Shown one piece after another: positions 11,201 through 19,697 of a stretch of 64,000 nt of DNA (position 1 is its first letter; every line of letters starts with the position of its first letter). The notes below the pieces were generated by a model. The model worked only from the letters and a program-made list of their open reading frames with translations, was not told the DNA's origin and made no database searches. The stretch comes from Oscillospiraceae bacterium (GTDB lineage: Bacteria > Bacillota > Clostridia > Oscillospirales > CAG-272): positions 2,223 through 66,222 of the forward strand of contig SVTT01000004.1 in assembly GCA_015063625.1 (NCBI GenBank). Reading direction: 5' to 3'. The translations under genes and the position numbers were made by a program.

Positions 11201-12421
11201 TCAGAAAAAGTATCCCTTGACTTCATAAATGCAATTGCCCGCAAGGTAATGTGCCTTGAGTGCGCGTTCCAGGCGCGTGCCCTCGGGCAGTGAGGAGATA
11301 TCCACATTTTGGGGATCCGGCTTGAGGAGCACAAAATCAAACACAGCATTGCCGTCGCTCCTGGTGGTGAGGGGGGCAAATCGTTTGCCAAATCGGACGA
11401 TGTTGGATTCGGGACCCAGCAAGTGCTCCAGCTGAGGATCAAGCAGCCAGCTGCCGCAGTAAAAGCCCTTGTAGGCGTAATCCGGATAGTAAATTTTCAA
11501 AAATTCCTTTGCTCTGACAAGGGTTTCGTCGATCGCGCTCTCGTCCAAGCGGCCGTCCGCAGGGATATGCAGACCGACGATGGGATCGCCGTATTCCAAT
11601 ACCTTGTGCCATTCATTCCTCCACAGAGTCACGGTCGTTTGTTCGACCAATCCCTTCTCGTTATAGGGGTGGCCCGACCAAGCGGTGTCGTTTTCGCACA
11701 CGTCGGCACGCCAGCTGCAATTCTCGCTTTCGCAGTACCTTGAGCCGAGCGCGCGACCGCTTTTATGCAATACGATGTCGTGGGCAAGAGCAATATGCTT
11801 GCCCTCTGCGTTCTCGAAAATTTGTGCGCGTCCGCTAAAGCCCGTAAAAATTTCGATCTCCAAGCGGTGGATACGGAAAAGATGACCGTGGATCCAGCGT
11901 TGGAACCATTCCAGCAGATGATAGCCGGGGGTGCCATTGTGGCGCTTGGCGTATTCGTCCACACCCTTTTCGGGCATTTGTACCGTGCGTAGGATCACAT
12001 CCTTGGGTAAGCCACGCTCGGTCAGTAGCTTGTACTGATAGGGGATCTGACAGCAGATGGCAAGACCCGAGAGCATATCGGTGGCAAGATCGTGCGCTCC
12101 GTCCGCAGCCGTGGGAGCAGAAAAGGCCTTGACATCGCGCCAAGCGTTTTCGGGGTCGGAAAGGGATGCCACCAAGAGGGCGAGCAGGCGGGAGAGGGGC
12201 TCGCTCTCGGCGACCGCGGCAGCTGCCTGCCGATAAAGATGGAGATGATGAGGGAGAGCGTTATAGCCTTCGTGCAGACGGTCATAATAGGCAGGGTCGG
12301 TCAGCGGACAGCCGTTTTGCTCAAAATCCTGCATAACGGTGTCAAAAATCTCTGCCCACCGTGCGGGATACTCGGAGCACCCAACCGACTGCATCAGTGC
12401 CTCAAGCGTGGTCTTCATCAT
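11201..12421 (-). CDS. hypothetical protein (406 aa), no confident family assignment
   Basis: long ORF with RBS GGAGGAAAATG; preceded by a consensus promoter and a leader of about 180 nt. Confidence 0.5.
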   Translation of the reverse strand: MMKTTLEALMQSVGCSEYPARWAEIFDTVMQDFEQNGCPLTDPAYYDRLHEGYNALPHHLHLYRQAAAAVAESEPLSRLLALLVASLSDPENAWRDVKAFSAPTAADGAHDLATDMLSGLAICCQIPYQYKLLTERGLPKDVILRTVQMPEKGVDEYAKRHNGTPGYHLLEWFQRWIHGHLFRIHRLEIEIFTGFSGRAQIFENAEGKHIALAHDIVLHKSGRALGSRYCESENCSWRADVCENDTAWSGHPYNEKGLVEQTTVTLWRNEWHKVLEYGDPIVGLHIPADGRLDESAIDETLVRAKEFLKIYYPDYAYKGFYCGSWLLDPQLEHLLGPESNIVRFGKRFAPLTTRSDGNAVFDFVLLKPDPQNVDISSLPEGTRLERALKAHYLAGNCIYEVKGYFF

Positions 12422-12610
12422 TTTCCTCCTTGCATATCTTCGTACTGTTTGTAAAGGCGTCCATCTCTTTTGACAACCGTGATGGAATTGGCAAAACGCT
12501 CTGCCTCAATACGCATCGAAGCCTTGCCGAGGACGGAAATTTTCGCTTGTCCTGTCAGGCAGCACGGTTTTCTAACGGCTTTTCTTTTGCGCCCCCGTGT
12601 CGTCAAGGTT

Positions 12611-12639
12611 ATTTTAAGATGCTTGCGGCGGTGTGTCAA
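12611..12639 (-). promoter_or_regulatory. sigma-A promoter (TTGACA-N17-TAAAAT) for the 11201-12421 gene with a leader of about 180 nt
   Basis: perfect -35 and near-perfect -10 read on the minus strand; leader contains a 32-codon uORF whose stop overlaps the main ATG (ATGATG). Confidence 0.45.
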
Positions 12640-13021
12640 GCCCTTTTTTGTGAAATGGAGATTTGCGAACTTTTTGCGAACTTTTTTGGATGCATCATTA
12701 CCGTTGAGATCATGGCAGCATCGGCGGTGTCCATATATCTGATCGTACCTTCCCATGGAATTCCATGCGTTTTGCGGCGGAGATCGCGCGGTAGGGTTTT
12801 TGATCAAGCACGCAAGACGGTATTTGCGTGATGCCCTCGGCAAAGTATTACAAGCTTGTTTTTGTGCGAACAGGAAAAGAGAGGATATCTCTGTTACAAT
12901 GGGAGGTTTTTAAATTTTTGCTAAAAGCATCACCGATTCCGCCACTTGACTTTTTCATGACATCGTTATATAATAAATAAGATGTGGCGCAGAAGACCTG
13001 CCCACCCATGCGGAGGAAGAT

Positions 13022-13882
13022 ATGAAGCAGAATCTGTTACAGCTGATGAGTGAGCGTATGCCCGAATTTTCAAAGGGACAGCGCCATATTGCAGAATATA
13101 TCATCGCGCATTACGACCGTGCGGCGTATATGACCGCTTCAAAGCTCGGCGCGGCCGTCAAGGTTTCCGAATCCACGGTGGTGCGCTTTGCCGACGAGCT
13201 TGGATTTCAAGGATACCCCGAGCTCCAACACGCCCTTCAGGAGCTGGCAAAGACCAATCTGACGGCGGCACAGCGCATGGAGGTCGCAGATAATCTGCTT
13301 GCCCCCGAAAACGTGCTTGACAAGGTCCTGCTTGGCGATGCTGACAAGATCCGACAGACGCTTGAGGGGATCGACCGTGCGGCGTTTGATGCCGCGATCA
13401 GGAGGATCATTTCGGCGAGGAATATCTATATTCTCGGTGTGCGTTCCTCGGCGGCGCTTTCGGATTTTCTGACCTTCAACTTCCGTATGATGTTTGACCA
13501 CGTGCGCCCTGTTGCGGGTACAACGGGCAGTGAGATCTTTGAGCAGATCATGGATATCGGCAGAGAGGACGTGTTTATTGCCATCAGCTTTCCGCGCTAT
13601 TCCAAGCGCACGGTGCGCGCGGTAGAATATGCCCACGATGCGGGGGCGGACGTCATTGCCATCACCGACAGTAAGGCATCTCCCCTCGTTCCCCACGCCG
13701 ATCAGGCGCTGATCGCACGCAGCGATATGGCGTCCTTTGTCGATTCTTTGGTCGCGCCCCTTAGCATCATCAATGCCATGATTGCCGCCGTGTCGATGCG
13801 CAAGCACGACGAGGTCGCGGTCCGCCTGCGCCGACTTGAGAGAATTTGGGATGAATATGACGTCTATGATAAAAACGGTTGA
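13022..13882 (+). CDS. RpiR/MurR-family transcriptional regulator (HTH + SIS domain)
   Basis: N-terminal HTH (KLGAAVKVSESTVVRFADELGFQGYPEL) and C-terminal SIS sugar-phosphate binding domain. Confidence 0.85.
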   Translation: MKQNLLQLMSERMPEFSKGQRHIAEYIIAHYDRAAYMTASKLGAAVKVSESTVVRFADELGFQGYPELQHALQELAKTNLTAAQRMEVADNLLAPENVLDKVLLGDADKIRQTLEGIDRAAFDAAIRRIISARNIYILGVRSSAALSDFLTFNFRMMFDHVRPVAGTTGSEIFEQIMDIGREDVFIAISFPRYSKRTVRAVEYAHDAGADVIAITDSKASPLVPHADQALIARSDMASFVDSLVAPLSIINAMIAAVSMRKHDEVAVRLRRLERIWDEYDVYDKNG

Positions 13883-15140
13883 TCCGAGCACCCCTGTACC
13901 TCGGGATGTTGCTGTCGTGGGTGCGGGTGCCGCAGGTATGATGGCGGCGATCCATGCGGCAAGAATAGGCGCGGCAGTCACACTGTATGAAAAAAACGAG
14001 CGCTGCGGCAGAAAGCTGCGTATCACGGGTAAGGGGCGGTGTAACGTCACCAACCACTGCACACGGGATGAGTTTTTTGCCAACGTGACGGGGAATTCCC
14101 GTTTCCTTTATTCGGCGTGGAGCCGCTTTTCCTCGGAGGATGCCGAGACTTTTTTCGAGTCGCTCGGCGTGCCCCTGAAGGTCGAGCGCGGAAACCGTGT
14201 CTTTCCTCTCTCGGACAAGGCGACCGACGTCGTCGATGCCCTGGTACGTGAGTGCAGACGCCTCGGCGTGCAGCTCGTGAACGAGCGCGTGGAGGGGCTT
14301 TTTGTGAGGGAGGGCAGATTGCTTGGCGTTTCGACGGGCAAAAAAACGCTTGCGCACGGGGCGGTCATTCTTGCCACGGGCGGCGCATCCTATCCCTTGA
14401 CCGGCTCGACCGGTGACGGATATCGCTTTGCGCGTGCCGTGGGGCATAGCGTGGTGACACCGACGCCCTCGCTGGTTCCTCTGGTGGAGAACGGGGATTT
14501 CTGCGCCTCGGTGCAGGGGCTTTCACTTCGCAACGTCAGGCTCTCGGTGCTGGATTCCCAAACGGGGAAGACGGTATTTGAAGACTTTGGAGAGATGATG
14601 TTCACGCATTTCGGCGTCACGGGACCCTTGGTGCTCTCCGCCTCGGCGCATCTCTCGGAGATGGCGCCCGACAGGTACCGACTGCTGATCGATCTTAAGC
14701 CCGCACTCGATGAAAAAACGCTCGATGCCCGGATTCTTTCGGACTTTGAAAAATATAAGAACCGTGATTTCCTCAATGCACTTGCCGATCTGCTCCCTCA
14801 GAAGCTGATAGGGCCGCTGGTGTCACGCTCGGGCATCGACGGGCACAGAAAGGTCAATTCGGTGACCAGAGAGGAGCGTCACCGCTTGCTTTCGCTTCTG
14901 AAGGCGTTGCCGATCGACGTGCGCGGATTTCGCCCCATTGCCGAGGCAATTGTGACAAAGGGAGGCGTTTCGCTTGCTGAGATCTCTCCCCGCACCATGG
15001 AATCAAAGCTGCTTTCGGGGCTGTATTTTGCGGGCGAGGTGATGGATCTGGATGCCTACACGGGCGGTTTCAATCTGCAGATCGCCTTCTCTACCGCGGT
15101 GCTTGCGGGCGAGAGCGCGGCGATCGCAGTGCTTTCCTGA
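13851..15140 (+). CDS. HI0933/BaiN-family FAD-dependent flavoprotein
   Basis: N-terminal Rossmann DVAVVGAGAAGMMAA, family signature RITGKGRCNVTN; start overlaps the rpiR stop. Confidence 0.8.
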   Translation: MNMTSMIKTVDPSTPVPRDVAVVGAGAAGMMAAIHAARIGAAVTLYEKNERCGRKLRITGKGRCNVTNHCTRDEFFANVTGNSRFLYSAWSRFSSEDAETFFESLGVPLKVERGNRVFPLSDKATDVVDALVRECRRLGVQLVNERVEGLFVREGRLLGVSTGKKTLAHGAVILATGGASYPLTGSTGDGYRFARAVGHSVVTPTPSLVPLVENGDFCASVQGLSLRNVRLSVLDSQTGKTVFEDFGEMMFTHFGVTGPLVLSASAHLSEMAPDRYRLLIDLKPALDEKTLDARILSDFEKYKNRDFLNALADLLPQKLIGPLVSRSGIDGHRKVNSVTREERHRLLSLLKALPIDVRGFRPIAEAIVTKGGVSLAEISPRTMESKLLSGLYFAGEVMDLDAYTGGFNLQIAFSTAVLAGESAAIAVLS

Positions 15141-15182
15141 AATTTTAACAAACGGGGATTCCCCCGATCAAAGGAGATAGCT

Positions 15183-15851
15183 ATGTTACAGATCGCGATT
15201 GACGGACCGAGCGGCGCGGGCAAAAGCAGCGTCGCCAAGGCAGTTGCCAAAAAAATGGGCATCGTCTACGTGGATACGGGGGCGCTTTATCGCACCGTCG
15301 GCTACTATGTAAGGAGCCGTGGGGTCGCCCGTACCGATGCCGAGGGCATCGTGAAATGCTTGCCCGAAATCACCATCGAGGTGCGCTACGCGGAGGGGGC
15401 ACAGCGCGTATTTCTCAACGGCGAGGACCTTGGTGACCGCATTCGAGAGCCCGAGATCTCCATGTACGCCTCTGCCGTCTCGGCGATCCCCGAGGTGCGC
15501 GCCTTTCTGCTTGATACCCAGCGCGATATTGCCGCGAAAAATTCGGTCATCATGGATGGCAGAGATATCGGAACTGTCATTCTTCCGAACGCCAACGTCA
15601 AGATCTTTCTCTATGCCTCCAACGAGGCGCGCGCCGAGCGCCGCACGCGTGAGCTTCGCGAAAAGGGGATGCAGGTGTGCTATGAGGATGTGCTCCGTGA
15701 GATGATCGAGCGCGACAGCAACGACCGCAACCGTGCGGTCGCCCCTGCCGTTGCCGCCCCCGACGCCGTGTTGCTTGACAATTCCGCACTTTCCGTCGAG
15801 CAAACGGTGGATGCCGTGATCGCTCTGGTGGAAGAAAAAACGAAGGAGTAA
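15183..15851 (+). CDS. cmk: cytidylate kinase
   Basis: P-loop IAIDGPSGAGKSS and overall Cmk similarity. Confidence 0.9.
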   Translation: MLQIAIDGPSGAGKSSVAKAVAKKMGIVYVDTGALYRTVGYYVRSRGVARTDAEGIVKCLPEITIEVRYAEGAQRVFLNGEDLGDRIREPEISMYASAVSAIPEVRAFLLDTQRDIAAKNSVIMDGRDIGTVILPNANVKIFLYASNEARAERRTRELREKGMQVCYEDVLREMIERDSNDRNRAVAPAVAAPDAVLLDNSALSVEQTVDAVIALVEEKTKE

Positions 15852-15857
15852 GACGGA

Positions 15858-16478
15858 ATGAAAAGCGTTTTTTATACCGTGCTCCATTTTCTTCTGGTGA
15901 TCCCCGTGCGCCTGATCTTCCGCATCAGGGTGAAGGGAGCAAAAAACGAGCCGAAAAAGAGTGAGGGGCCCTATCTTGTCTGTGCCAATCACCAAAGCGT
16001 GCTTGACCCTGTCATCATCTGTGCCGCCACCCGCCGCCAGCAGCCGCATTTTATGGCAAAGGCAGAGCTGTTTCGCGTTCCGGTGCTGGGCTGGCTGGTG
16101 CGCAAGCTGGGGGCATATCCCGTTTCGCGCGGCAAAAGCGACGTGGGAGCGGTGAAAAAGACCATCGCGCTGCTTGAAAAGGGTGTCAGCACGGGCATGT
16201 TCCCGCAGGGAACGCGCTGTGCGGGAAAGGACCCTCGCGATTGCAGGATCAAGTACGGTGCCGCCATGATCGCCGCCCACGCCGGAGCGCAGATCCTGCC
16301 CGTTCATATCAAAATGAAAAATTATACCTGGAAATTTCTTCGCCGCGTCACGGTGGTGATCGGCGAGCCCATTCCCTTCGAGCGCTTTGGATACGATCCC
16401 GAAAAGTCGGGCGAGTACGCGCGCATTGCCGACGAGATCTACCGTGAGATCTGCCGCCTTGGCGAGGACGTGCAATGA
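15858..16478 (+). CDS. plsC: 1-acyl-sn-glycerol-3-phosphate acyltransferase
   Basis: HxxxxD acyltransferase motif (CANHQSVLD) and FPQGTR motif. Confidence 0.85.
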   Translation: MKSVFYTVLHFLLVIPVRLIFRIRVKGAKNEPKKSEGPYLVCANHQSVLDPVIICAATRRQQPHFMAKAELFRVPVLGWLVRKLGAYPVSRGKSDVGAVKKTIALLEKGVSTGMFPQGTRCAGKDPRDCRIKYGAAMIAAHAGAQILPVHIKMKNYTWKFLRRVTVVIGEPIPFERFGYDPEKSGEYARIADEIYREICRLGEDVQ

Positions 16479-18514
16479 GCGAGATCATCGTAGCAAGAAG
16501 CGCAGGCTTTTGTCCCGGCGTGCGGGGCGCCACCGAGCGCCTTTCCCGACGTCTGGAGGAGAGGAGAGAGGGGGAGCGCATTTTCACCCTCGGTCATCTC
16601 ATCCACAACGAGCAATATAACCGCATGCTGGAGCAGAAGGGGGTTCGCGCCATCGACGCTACGCACCTTTCCTCTCTCGCGGACGAGGCATCAAGGAGCG
16701 CGCCCGTCACCGTTTTTATCCGCGCCCACGGTATCAATGCACAGACGCGCGCGCACCTGGAGGCACTCTCTGCCGCACATCCCTATTTCAGCTTTGAGGA
16801 TTGCACCTGCCCCTTTGTGACCAAGATCCACCGCATTGCCGCGGAAAAAAGCGAGCAGGGCGCGGACGGTTATATTTTCCTTTGCATCGGAAATGCACAT
16901 CATCCCGAGGTCGAGGGCTTTATGAGCTGCTTTGCGGGAGAGAAGCACGTCTTTTCGGATGCTGCGGAATTTGAAAAGGCGCTTTTTGACAAAATTGCAC
17001 AAAAATTTTCGTCAAAAGTGCCCGTGATGGTGGCTCAAACGACCCAGAATTTAACAGAATGGAAAAAATGTCAGAAACTTTTAAAAAAGGTATGTACAAA
17101 CGCGTTAATTTTTGATACAATATGTAATGTTACCGACTTGCGCCAGACAGAGGCGGAGGTCCTGTCAAAGGAATGTGACGGCATGGTGGTCATCGGCGGA
17201 AGCGAGAGCTCCAACACCGCAAAGCTCTTCGATATCTGCCGCACACATTGCAGGGACACGCTCCGGATCACGGACACCTCCAGGCTGCCCGATCTCAAGT
17301 CGTTTTCATTGGCCCATCGCAAAGTGGGTATCGCCGCCGGGGCATCCACCCCGTCGGAATTCATTGAGGAGGTACATAAAACAATGAGCGAAATTGAAAA
17401 CTTTGCAGAATTGCTTGATGGCGCAGCCATCAAGACTTTAAATACAGGAGAAATCGTTACCGGTACCGTGACCCATGTGTCCGATACTGAGCTGCAGCTG
17501 GACCTCGGAACCGGCGTAACCGGCTACATCAAGGCCGACCGTGTAACCGATGACCCTTCTGTAAAGCTGACCGCTGCCTATCACGTCGGTGATACCGTCG
17601 AGGCAAAGGTCATCCGCGTCAGCGACATTGACGGTGTTGCCGAGCTCGACAAAAAGCGTGTCGATTCGAGCAAGAACTGGGAGAAGGTCGTTGCCGCAAA
17701 GGAGGAGGGTGCCGTTCTTGAGGCAACCGTTTCCGACGTTGTCAAGGGCGGTGTGATCGTATTTGTTTACGGCAACCGCATCTTCATTCCCGCATCGCAG
17801 TCCGGCGTTCCGAAGGACGGTGATCTCACCCCCCTGAAGGGCACGACCGTGAAGTTCAAGGTCATCGAGATCAAGGAGCCCGGTCATAAGGCGATCGGCT
17901 CGATCCGTGTCGTGGCACGTGAGGAGCGCCGCGCCAAGGAGGAGGAGTTCTGGGCAAGCATCGAGGAGGGCAAGTCCTACACCGGTACGGTCAAGAGCAT
18001 GACCAGCTACGGTGCGTTTGTTGACCTCGGCGGTGTTGACGGTATGGTCCACACCAGCGAGCTTTCCTGGAAGCACATCAAGTCCCCCGCAGAGGTGGTT
18101 TCGGTCGGCGACGTGGTAACGGTGTTCGTCAAGTCCTTCGACCGTGAGAAGAAGCGCATCTCTCTTGGCTACAAGACCGAGGAGACCAACCCTTGGTTCA
18201 TTTTCACCGGCAAGTGCCAGGTGGGTGACGTGGTTCCCGTTAAGATCGTCAGCATGATGCCCTTCGGTGCATTTGCCGAGATCGTTGACGGCGTTGACGG
18301 TCTGATCCACATTTCCCAGATCGCCATGACCCGCATCGGCAAGCCTGCCGACGTGCTGGAGATCGGTCAGTGCGTGGATGCCAAGATCATCGAGATCGAT
18401 ACCGAGAAGCAGAAGGTCAGCCTTTCCATCCGTGCTCTCCTTGAGGAGGTTGCCGCCGCAGAGGCAGCAATGCCTGAGGATGCCGCCGTGGAGGAGCTTC
18501 CCACCGAGGAGTGA
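16475..18514 (+). CDS. ispH: bifunctional 4-hydroxy-3-methylbut-2-enyl diphosphate reductase / ribosomal protein S1 fusion
   Basis: N-terminal 300 aa is IspH/LytB (conserved Cys and His residues); C-terminal 380 aa carries four S1 RNA-binding repeats; ATG overlaps the plsC stop (ATGA). Confidence 0.9.
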   Translation: MSEIIVARSAGFCPGVRGATERLSRRLEERREGERIFTLGHLIHNEQYNRMLEQKGVRAIDATHLSSLADEASRSAPVTVFIRAHGINAQTRAHLEALSAAHPYFSFEDCTCPFVTKIHRIAAEKSEQGADGYIFLCIGNAHHPEVEGFMSCFAGEKHVFSDAAEFEKALFDKIAQKFSSKVPVMVAQTTQNLTEWKKCQKLLKKVCTNALIFDTICNVTDLRQTEAEVLSKECDGMVVIGGSESSNTAKLFDICRTHCRDTLRITDTSRLPDLKSFSLAHRKVGIAAGASTPSEFIEEVHKTMSEIENFAELLDGAAIKTLNTGEIVTGTVTHVSDTELQLDLGTGVTGYIKADRVTDDPSVKLTAAYHVGDTVEAKVIRVSDIDGVAELDKKRVDSSKNWEKVVAAKEEGAVLEATVSDVVKGGVIVFVYGNRIFIPASQSGVPKDGDLTPLKGTTVKFKVIEIKEPGHKAIGSIRVVAREERRAKEEEFWASIEEGKSYTGTVKSMTSYGAFVDLGGVDGMVHTSELSWKHIKSPAEVVSVGDVVTVFVKSFDREKKRISLGYKTEETNPWFIFTGKCQVGDVVPVKIVSMMPFGAFAEIVDGVDGLIHISQIAMTRIGKPADVLEIGQCVDAKIIEIDTEKQKVSLSIRALLEEVAAAEAAMPEDAAVEELPTEE

Positions 18515-18534
18515 TCCCAAAAACCGCAGTGCGG

Positions 18535-18766
18535 CTTAGCGTGATGTCCTTAACGGACAATCACGCTAAACGATGTTTGCCCTTACGGGCAAGTGATGTC
18601 GGCTTCGCCTTGTGATGTTCACTGCGTGCATGATGTTGTGCCTTCGGCACAGTGGGCAAACATCACGTCACTGCGAGCCTTGGCGAGCAACATCATTATG
18701 AGCGAAGCGAATAACATCACTTTTGCGATAGCAAAAACATCACTAACAGAAAAAGAGAGAACATTT
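18535..18766. repeat. structured intergenic repeat element, copy A (GTGATGTT x3 ... AACATCAC x4 interleaved with short stem-loops)
   Basis: direct 8-mers in the first half, their reverse complements in the second half, tetraloop-type hairpins between; homologous to the 21971-22112 and 27973-28230 copies. Confidence 0.7.
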
Positions 18767-18769
18767 GAT

Positions 18770-18814
18770 ATGCACCCCAAAAGTTAGACACTTTTGGAGG
18801 TGCATATTTTTTAT
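18770..18814 (+). terminator. rho-independent terminator downstream of ispH-rpsA
   Basis: hairpin ATGCACCCCAAAAGT...ACTTTTGGAGGTGCAT followed by ATTTTTTAT. Confidence 0.65.
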
Positions 18815-18949
18815 GGGGAAAACAGGAAGAAAGAGCAGAATATATTTGCCGGAATTTAAGATCGATGTTATAATGGATATGCGAGAACACCGCTTGCCGC
18901 ACTGCGGTTTTTTATGCCGCAGCTTTGTGTATATTTTTTCACAATCCCA

Positions 18950-18979
18950 TTGACAGGTGAAAGGATCTTATGTTATAAT
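18950..18979 (+). promoter_or_regulatory. sigma-A promoter (TTGACA-N18-TATAAT) upstream of the MGS-like gene
   Basis: read directly from the sequence. Confidence 0.45.
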
Positions 18980-19043
18980 AAATCAGAGTATTATCATATA
19001 ATACGAAGCGAAACCCGACAATCGAGGAAGGATGGTGCACGAA

Positions 19044-19472
19044 ATGGAGATCGCAATTGTTGCGGCAGATATGAAAAAAGAATTGATGACACAGTTTTGC
19101 ATTGCATACTGTGGCATTCTCAGCAAGCATAACCTTTGTGCCACCAGCATTACCGCGAAATACATCTCGGAGGCGACCGGCCTGAATATCGAGCGCCTTT
19201 TGGCGGGTGAGCAGGGGGGAGAGCAGCAGATCGCGACGCGCATTGCCTATAACGAGATCGATATTCTGCTCTATTTCCGCGATACCAGCCCCAGCGAGGT
19301 CTATGATGCCGTGGGACAGGAGCTGTTGCTTTCCTGTGACCGCTACAATATTCCCGTCGCCACCAATATCGCGACGGCGGAGGCGCTGATCACGGCGCTT
19401 GACCGCGGCGACCTTGAATGGCGCAACTTCATCAATCCCACCAGCGAGTACAATCGCAAAAAAAGAAGATAA
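19044..19472 (+). CDS. methylglyoxal synthase-like (MGS-like domain) protein with substituted catalytic residues
   Basis: aligns with MgsA along its length (LxATxxT..., GGxQQ, RD, IPVATN); His of the HDKK motif is Ala, GGDQQ is GGEQQ, and the PH(D/E)PD catalytic His motif is absent. Confidence 0.7.
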   Translation: MEIAIVAADMKKELMTQFCIAYCGILSKHNLCATSITAKYISEATGLNIERLLAGEQGGEQQIATRIAYNEIDILLYFRDTSPSEVYDAVGQELLLSCDRYNIPVATNIATAEALITALDRGDLEWRNFINPTSEYNRKKRR

Positions 19473-19499
19473 AAACCGTGGTCGGAACACGCTTGACGG

Positions 19500-19690
19500 T
19501 GTGCCCGTGTACAGAGAGGGGACAGCCTGCTGAAATGTCCCTCATGGGTGCCGTTTGAGTACCGCCCGACTGCTACTGCGTATATGATCGAAAAGTGAAA
19601 CGTTCGGGTGGAACCGTGCGGAGATGATCCACACCCCGAGTGCCTTGCCAGGCGCTCGGGGTGTATTAATATTGAGTTGTTTTTCTAAAA
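19500..19690 (+). promoter_or_regulatory. T-box riboswitch leader (Thr) of thrS
   Basis: T-box core AACGUUCGGGUGGAACCGUGCGG at 19599-19621, ACC-containing candidate specifier region, terminator hairpin 19631-19664 plus T-run before the RBS. Confidence 0.75.
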
Positions 19691-19697
19691 GGAGAAT

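Larger units (their letters stand above)
18518..18912. repeat. 395-bp unit bounded by perfect 17-bp terminal inverted repeats (AAAAACCGCAGTGCGGC ... GCCGCACTGCGGTTTTT)
   Basis: 17/17 inverted match at 18518-18534 and 18896-18912; each arm is also a hairpin plus homopolymer run. Confidence 0.45.
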
